Shown piece by piece: positions 60,765 through 64,000 of a stretch of 64,000 nucleotides of DNA (position 1 is its first letter; each line of letters begins with the position of its first letter). A model generated the notes under the pieces. That model was not told the DNA's origin and made no database searches. It was given only the letters and a program-made list of their open reading frames with translations. Both the position numbers and the translations under genes were made by a program. Origin of the DNA: Mariniblastus sp. (lineage in GTDB: Bacteria > Planctomycetota > Planctomycetia > Pirellulales > Pirellulaceae); NCBI GenBank assembly GCA_029247405.1, contig JAQWLH010000254.1, positions 6,949-70,948 of the forward strand. Direction: 5' to 3'.

Positions 60765-61359
60765 GAGCCAAAAAATGATGATTTAAGAAGAATTCCAAAA
60801 TCAATATCGGCCCAATTGGTTGATTTCAGGAGCAATTCTCGGGAGTTGTCGCTCTCAACAGTGCTCACGGGGCCGATTAGCTCTGTGAGATACGTTAAAT
60901 TGCCGCAGATGCCCGCTTTTTAAACTCATTCAGAGAAACAGGGTGAACGGTTTGAGCCACGATTAACTGGCAATTCTCACCCCAACTAAAGTTGACCGGA
61001 ACGACAAACAAAGCACGTTTTCGATTAATTCATCACTCAAACCAGTCGAAATTTGAACCATTGCTTCATTTCCCGGCAGATTCTAGCCCGACAGGGAATA
61101 ATCGGATTCAAATCTCCATACGTTTATCCCATCGATGATTGCCTCGGAATCACATCTTTGGCGCCAGATGTCGATGGGGTTTAAATCTAAGATCGCGCCT
61201 TTGACTCGTGGGTTGGCCAAAATAACCAAGATTGACCGACTTCCCCAATCGCCCAGCCAAACTGTAGTGATGGAGTCACGGGCCCCTCATGACACTTCAC
61301 CAACGTTCTCGTGAAATCCCCTCACAAGGCCTACACGAAAGATCGAAAGTTCAAGCAAA

Positions 61360-63309
61360 TCAGTTTTGCGTGTCGGCCGCATCAACCTGCTCTTCGTCAG
61401 AATCACCCATCTCAAGTTGTTTCATCTTGCGATATAGATTGGATCGGTGCAGTCCCATTTTAGCTGCCGCGTCGGTCATGTTTCCTTTGGCTCGGTCAAT
61501 GTGACGCTTGATGTAGTCTATTTGGAATTGCCGAGTTGCTTCGGTTAAGGCGAGATTCATGGGGATCGCAGAATCACCCGTCGAGGGTGCGTTTACAAAA
61601 TCCAGATCAGTTGCGTCGATCTTTTGACCGTCTGTTAGATACGCCAGTCGTTCCATCATGTTGCGAAGTTCACGGATGTTCCCCGGCCATGAATGTCCCA
61701 GTAACCGTTTGCGTGCTGCGGCTGAGATGGTGGGGGGGTCGCGTCGGGCCTTGGCACAAAATTCAGTCATGAAATGCTCTGCCAACATCAAAATGTCGTC
61801 ACCACGATCACGAAGTGGCGGTAGCTCAATTGGCACAACGTTCAATCGAAAATAGAGATCCTGACGAAATTTTTTCTCGGTGATTAGACTAGCCAGGTCC
61901 TGATTGGTTGCGGCGATTACGCGGGCGTCAGTTGGAATGGGCATGGACCCGCCGACTCGGACGACTCGCTTTTCCTCAAGAACGCGAAGCAGCTTCGATT
62001 GTCCGTCGAGACTCATGTCTCCGATCTCATCAAGAAACAAAGTACCATCTTTGGCGAGCTCAAATTTTCCTTCGCGAGCCTGATGGGCGTCGGTAAAGGC
62101 GCCTTTTTCGTGACCAAACAGCTCGCTTTCCAAAAGTGATTCACTAATGGCAGCACAGTTGACGGCAACGAGGACTTCATCGCGACGCGCACTGAGATAG
62201 TGAATCATCTGAGCGACGACTTCTTTTCCTGTGCCATTCTCCCCTGTAATAAAAACGACCAGATCTGTATTTGCGACACGTTCAATGGTGGCCTTAAGTT
62301 TCTCAATCGCGGCACAGTTGCCGATCATTTGAACTTGGCCAGCAGCTTGCTCGGACACCGATCGTTTTGAAGTAACCAGTTGTTCTACGTGTAGCGTATT
62401 ATCAATCGCAACAGCAGCATGAGCGGCGAGTTCACGAAGTGCCGATTCGTCATCATCTGTAAAGTTGCCTTCGTTTCGATTGATCAATTCAAAGGCGCCA
62501 ATAGTTTTTCCAGCACCATTGGCCATCGGAACACACAGAATTGTTTTGGTCTCGAACCCAAGCTGTTGGTCGACATCGCGATGGATTTGTTTCTGCTCGG
62601 CGGAAACGTCATAGTCGACCCTGGCGGGTTGGCCTGATTGCATGACTTGGCCGACGACACCGGCATCGAGTGGAATACGAATCTCACCGGCATCAACCCC
62701 GAGGGCGGGCTTACCAATCAACGAGTTGCCGGTTGGGTCAGGCAAAAAGATAGTCGCACGTTCGGCCCCCAAGAGTCGCGTCGAGGTCTGGGCGATTTGC
62801 TCCAATAACTCATCGGTCTCCCGAGACTGGTTCCAGTGGACTGTCATTTCGAGGATGGCTTCGAGTCGGAGAGCTCGACGAGACTGACTGTGTCTTCGCA
62901 TGAAGGAATTGTAGGCCAATCCCACGGCAGCGGCCCAAGCATCAAATTCGGCGGGGTCCACGGTATCTGAATTGCATGCCAACAGTTGGCTTGAGCGGTT
63001 TGGTTTGATCAGTGATGCGGCGGTCCAGCCCTCATCCTGTTTGCAGGATTCGGAATCGAGTGCTTCAGCGAGCATTTCAGTGGGAAGGCCCTCGCCCTCG
63101 CCCGTATGGGCGATTACGCGCCATTGACCCTTAGCCCCCTCGATTAGGGTTGTGCCGGTTGAACCCGCGTTTTGGTTAATTAAATTGAGGGCGGCTGCCA
63201 GAAAATCAGCCTCTTGGGTCGTTGATAGCGACAAATCGATCATCTCAACCAAAAGGTCAGAAGCGGATTGGCCCGCGGTAATTCGAGATGATTGGGCACT
63301 TGAAGTCAT
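61360..63309 (-). CDS. GAF-domain sigma-54-dependent transcriptional activator
   Basis: GAF (TILCVPM..GAFELIN..FTDDD), GENGTGKE, GAFTDA, WPGNIREL, C-terminal HTH. Confidence 0.92.
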   Translation of the reverse strand: MTSSAQSSRITAGQSASDLLVEMIDLSLSTTQEADFLAAALNLINQNAGSTGTTLIEGAKGQWRVIAHTGEGEGLPTEMLAEALDSESCKQDEGWTAASLIKPNRSSQLLACNSDTVDPAEFDAWAAAVGLAYNSFMRRHSQSRRALRLEAILEMTVHWNQSRETDELLEQIAQTSTRLLGAERATIFLPDPTGNSLIGKPALGVDAGEIRIPLDAGVVGQVMQSGQPARVDYDVSAEQKQIHRDVDQQLGFETKTILCVPMANGAGKTIGAFELINRNEGNFTDDDESALRELAAHAAVAIDNTLHVEQLVTSKRSVSEQAAGQVQMIGNCAAIEKLKATIERVANTDLVVFITGENGTGKEVVAQMIHYLSARRDEVLVAVNCAAISESLLESELFGHEKGAFTDAHQAREGKFELAKDGTLFLDEIGDMSLDGQSKLLRVLEEKRVVRVGGSMPIPTDARVIAATNQDLASLITEKKFRQDLYFRLNVVPIELPPLRDRGDDILMLAEHFMTEFCAKARRDPPTISAAARKRLLGHSWPGNIRELRNMMERLAYLTDGQKIDATDLDFVNAPSTGDSAIPMNLALTEATRQFQIDYIKRHIDRAKGNMTDAAAKMGLHRSNLYRKMKQLEMGDSDEEQVDAADTQN

Positions 63310-63432
63310 GGTTTATCGGGTTAGCAATTGTTGGCCAGCAATAAAACTGTTATCAAATTGAATCTGATTCACTCTGGATTAGCGTAGTCATTTTGAATCG
63401 GCCTCACAATCGTACGCAAAAGGAATCATCTG

Positions 63433-64000
63433 ATGGGTTTGTTTGAAGGTAAAAAAGGTTTGATTCTGGGCGTCGCCAATGACCGGTCCATCGCTTGGGC
63501 AATCGCAAAGAAGATCATGACCGAAGGTGGTGAGTGCGGTTTTACTCACCTCCCCGATCGTGAAGATGACGCGCGGAAAAAGAATCGCATGCGTGTCGAA
63601 AAGTGTTTTGAAAAAGCGGAAGAGGATGTATCACCCAAGTTTCTGGTGCCTTTAAATGTTCAGGATGATGCTCAAATTGCATCCGTCATGGAAACAACCA
63701 AGAACGAGTTTGGCAAGATCGACTTTCTGCTTCACTCGATTGCTTTCGCTGATCGAGCTGATCTAGGCGACACCATCGATGCGAGCCGCGAGGGGTTTAA
63801 GCTGGCCATGGATATCAGTTGTTACAGCTTGATTGCCGTCACAAAAGCCGCCAGGCCGATCCTTGCCGAAAATGCTTCGATTGCCTGTATGACGTATTTC
63901 GGTGGAGAAAAAATTGTTGCTGGCTATAACATGATGGGAATTTGCAAAGCGGCATTAGAAGCAACCACCCGATACCTCGCGTATGACTTGGGGCCAAGTG
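63433..64000 (+). CDS. fabI: Enoyl-ACP reductase (partial, runs off the window)
   Basis: My translation: MGLFEGKKGLILGVANDRSIAWAIA..IDFLLHSIAFA..YNMMGICKAALE; absent from the ORF track because there is no stop in the window. Confidence 0.93.
   Translation, partial: MGLFEGKKGLILGVANDRSIAWAIAKKIMTEGGECGFTHLPDREDDARKKNRMRVEKCFEKAEEDVSPKFLVPLNVQDDAQIASVMETTKNEFGKIDFLLHSIAFADRADLGDTIDASREGFKLAMDISCYSLIAVTKAARPILAENASIACMTYFGGEKIVAGYNMMGICKAALEATTRYLAYDLGPS

Overview
Core-genome window from a planctomycete, probably Pirellulaceae-like. The assignment rests on a PVC-type CxxCH haem protein, a planctomycete-style ECF/anti-sigma pair, a DUF11 protein and a divergent DnaA. The window holds about 45 CDSs, including the dnaA-dnaN-dciA-gyrB cluster with a likely oriC between dnaA and dnaN, plus scpB, hemA/ccsA, rplU, asd, tal, amtB and a partial fabI. 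I saw no tRNA/rRNA, IS elements, prophage or CRISPR. Three highlights. (1) Two ORFs that the ORF track splits (12659-12961 and 13007-13309) form one thioredoxin-fold lipoprotein with an in-frame TGA at the first redox position (W-U-G-W-C), followed by a SECIS-like AGGU-loop hairpin: a candidate exported selenoprotein. (2) A tandemly duplicated, fused PheA (CM-PDT-ACT twice) whose two chorismate mutase domains have lost complementary catalytic residues, which predicts one composite active site and one degenerate, possibly regulatory, site. (3) An extremely acidic protein translationally coupled to scpB close to the origin. All product calls come from motif recognition, not database searches.
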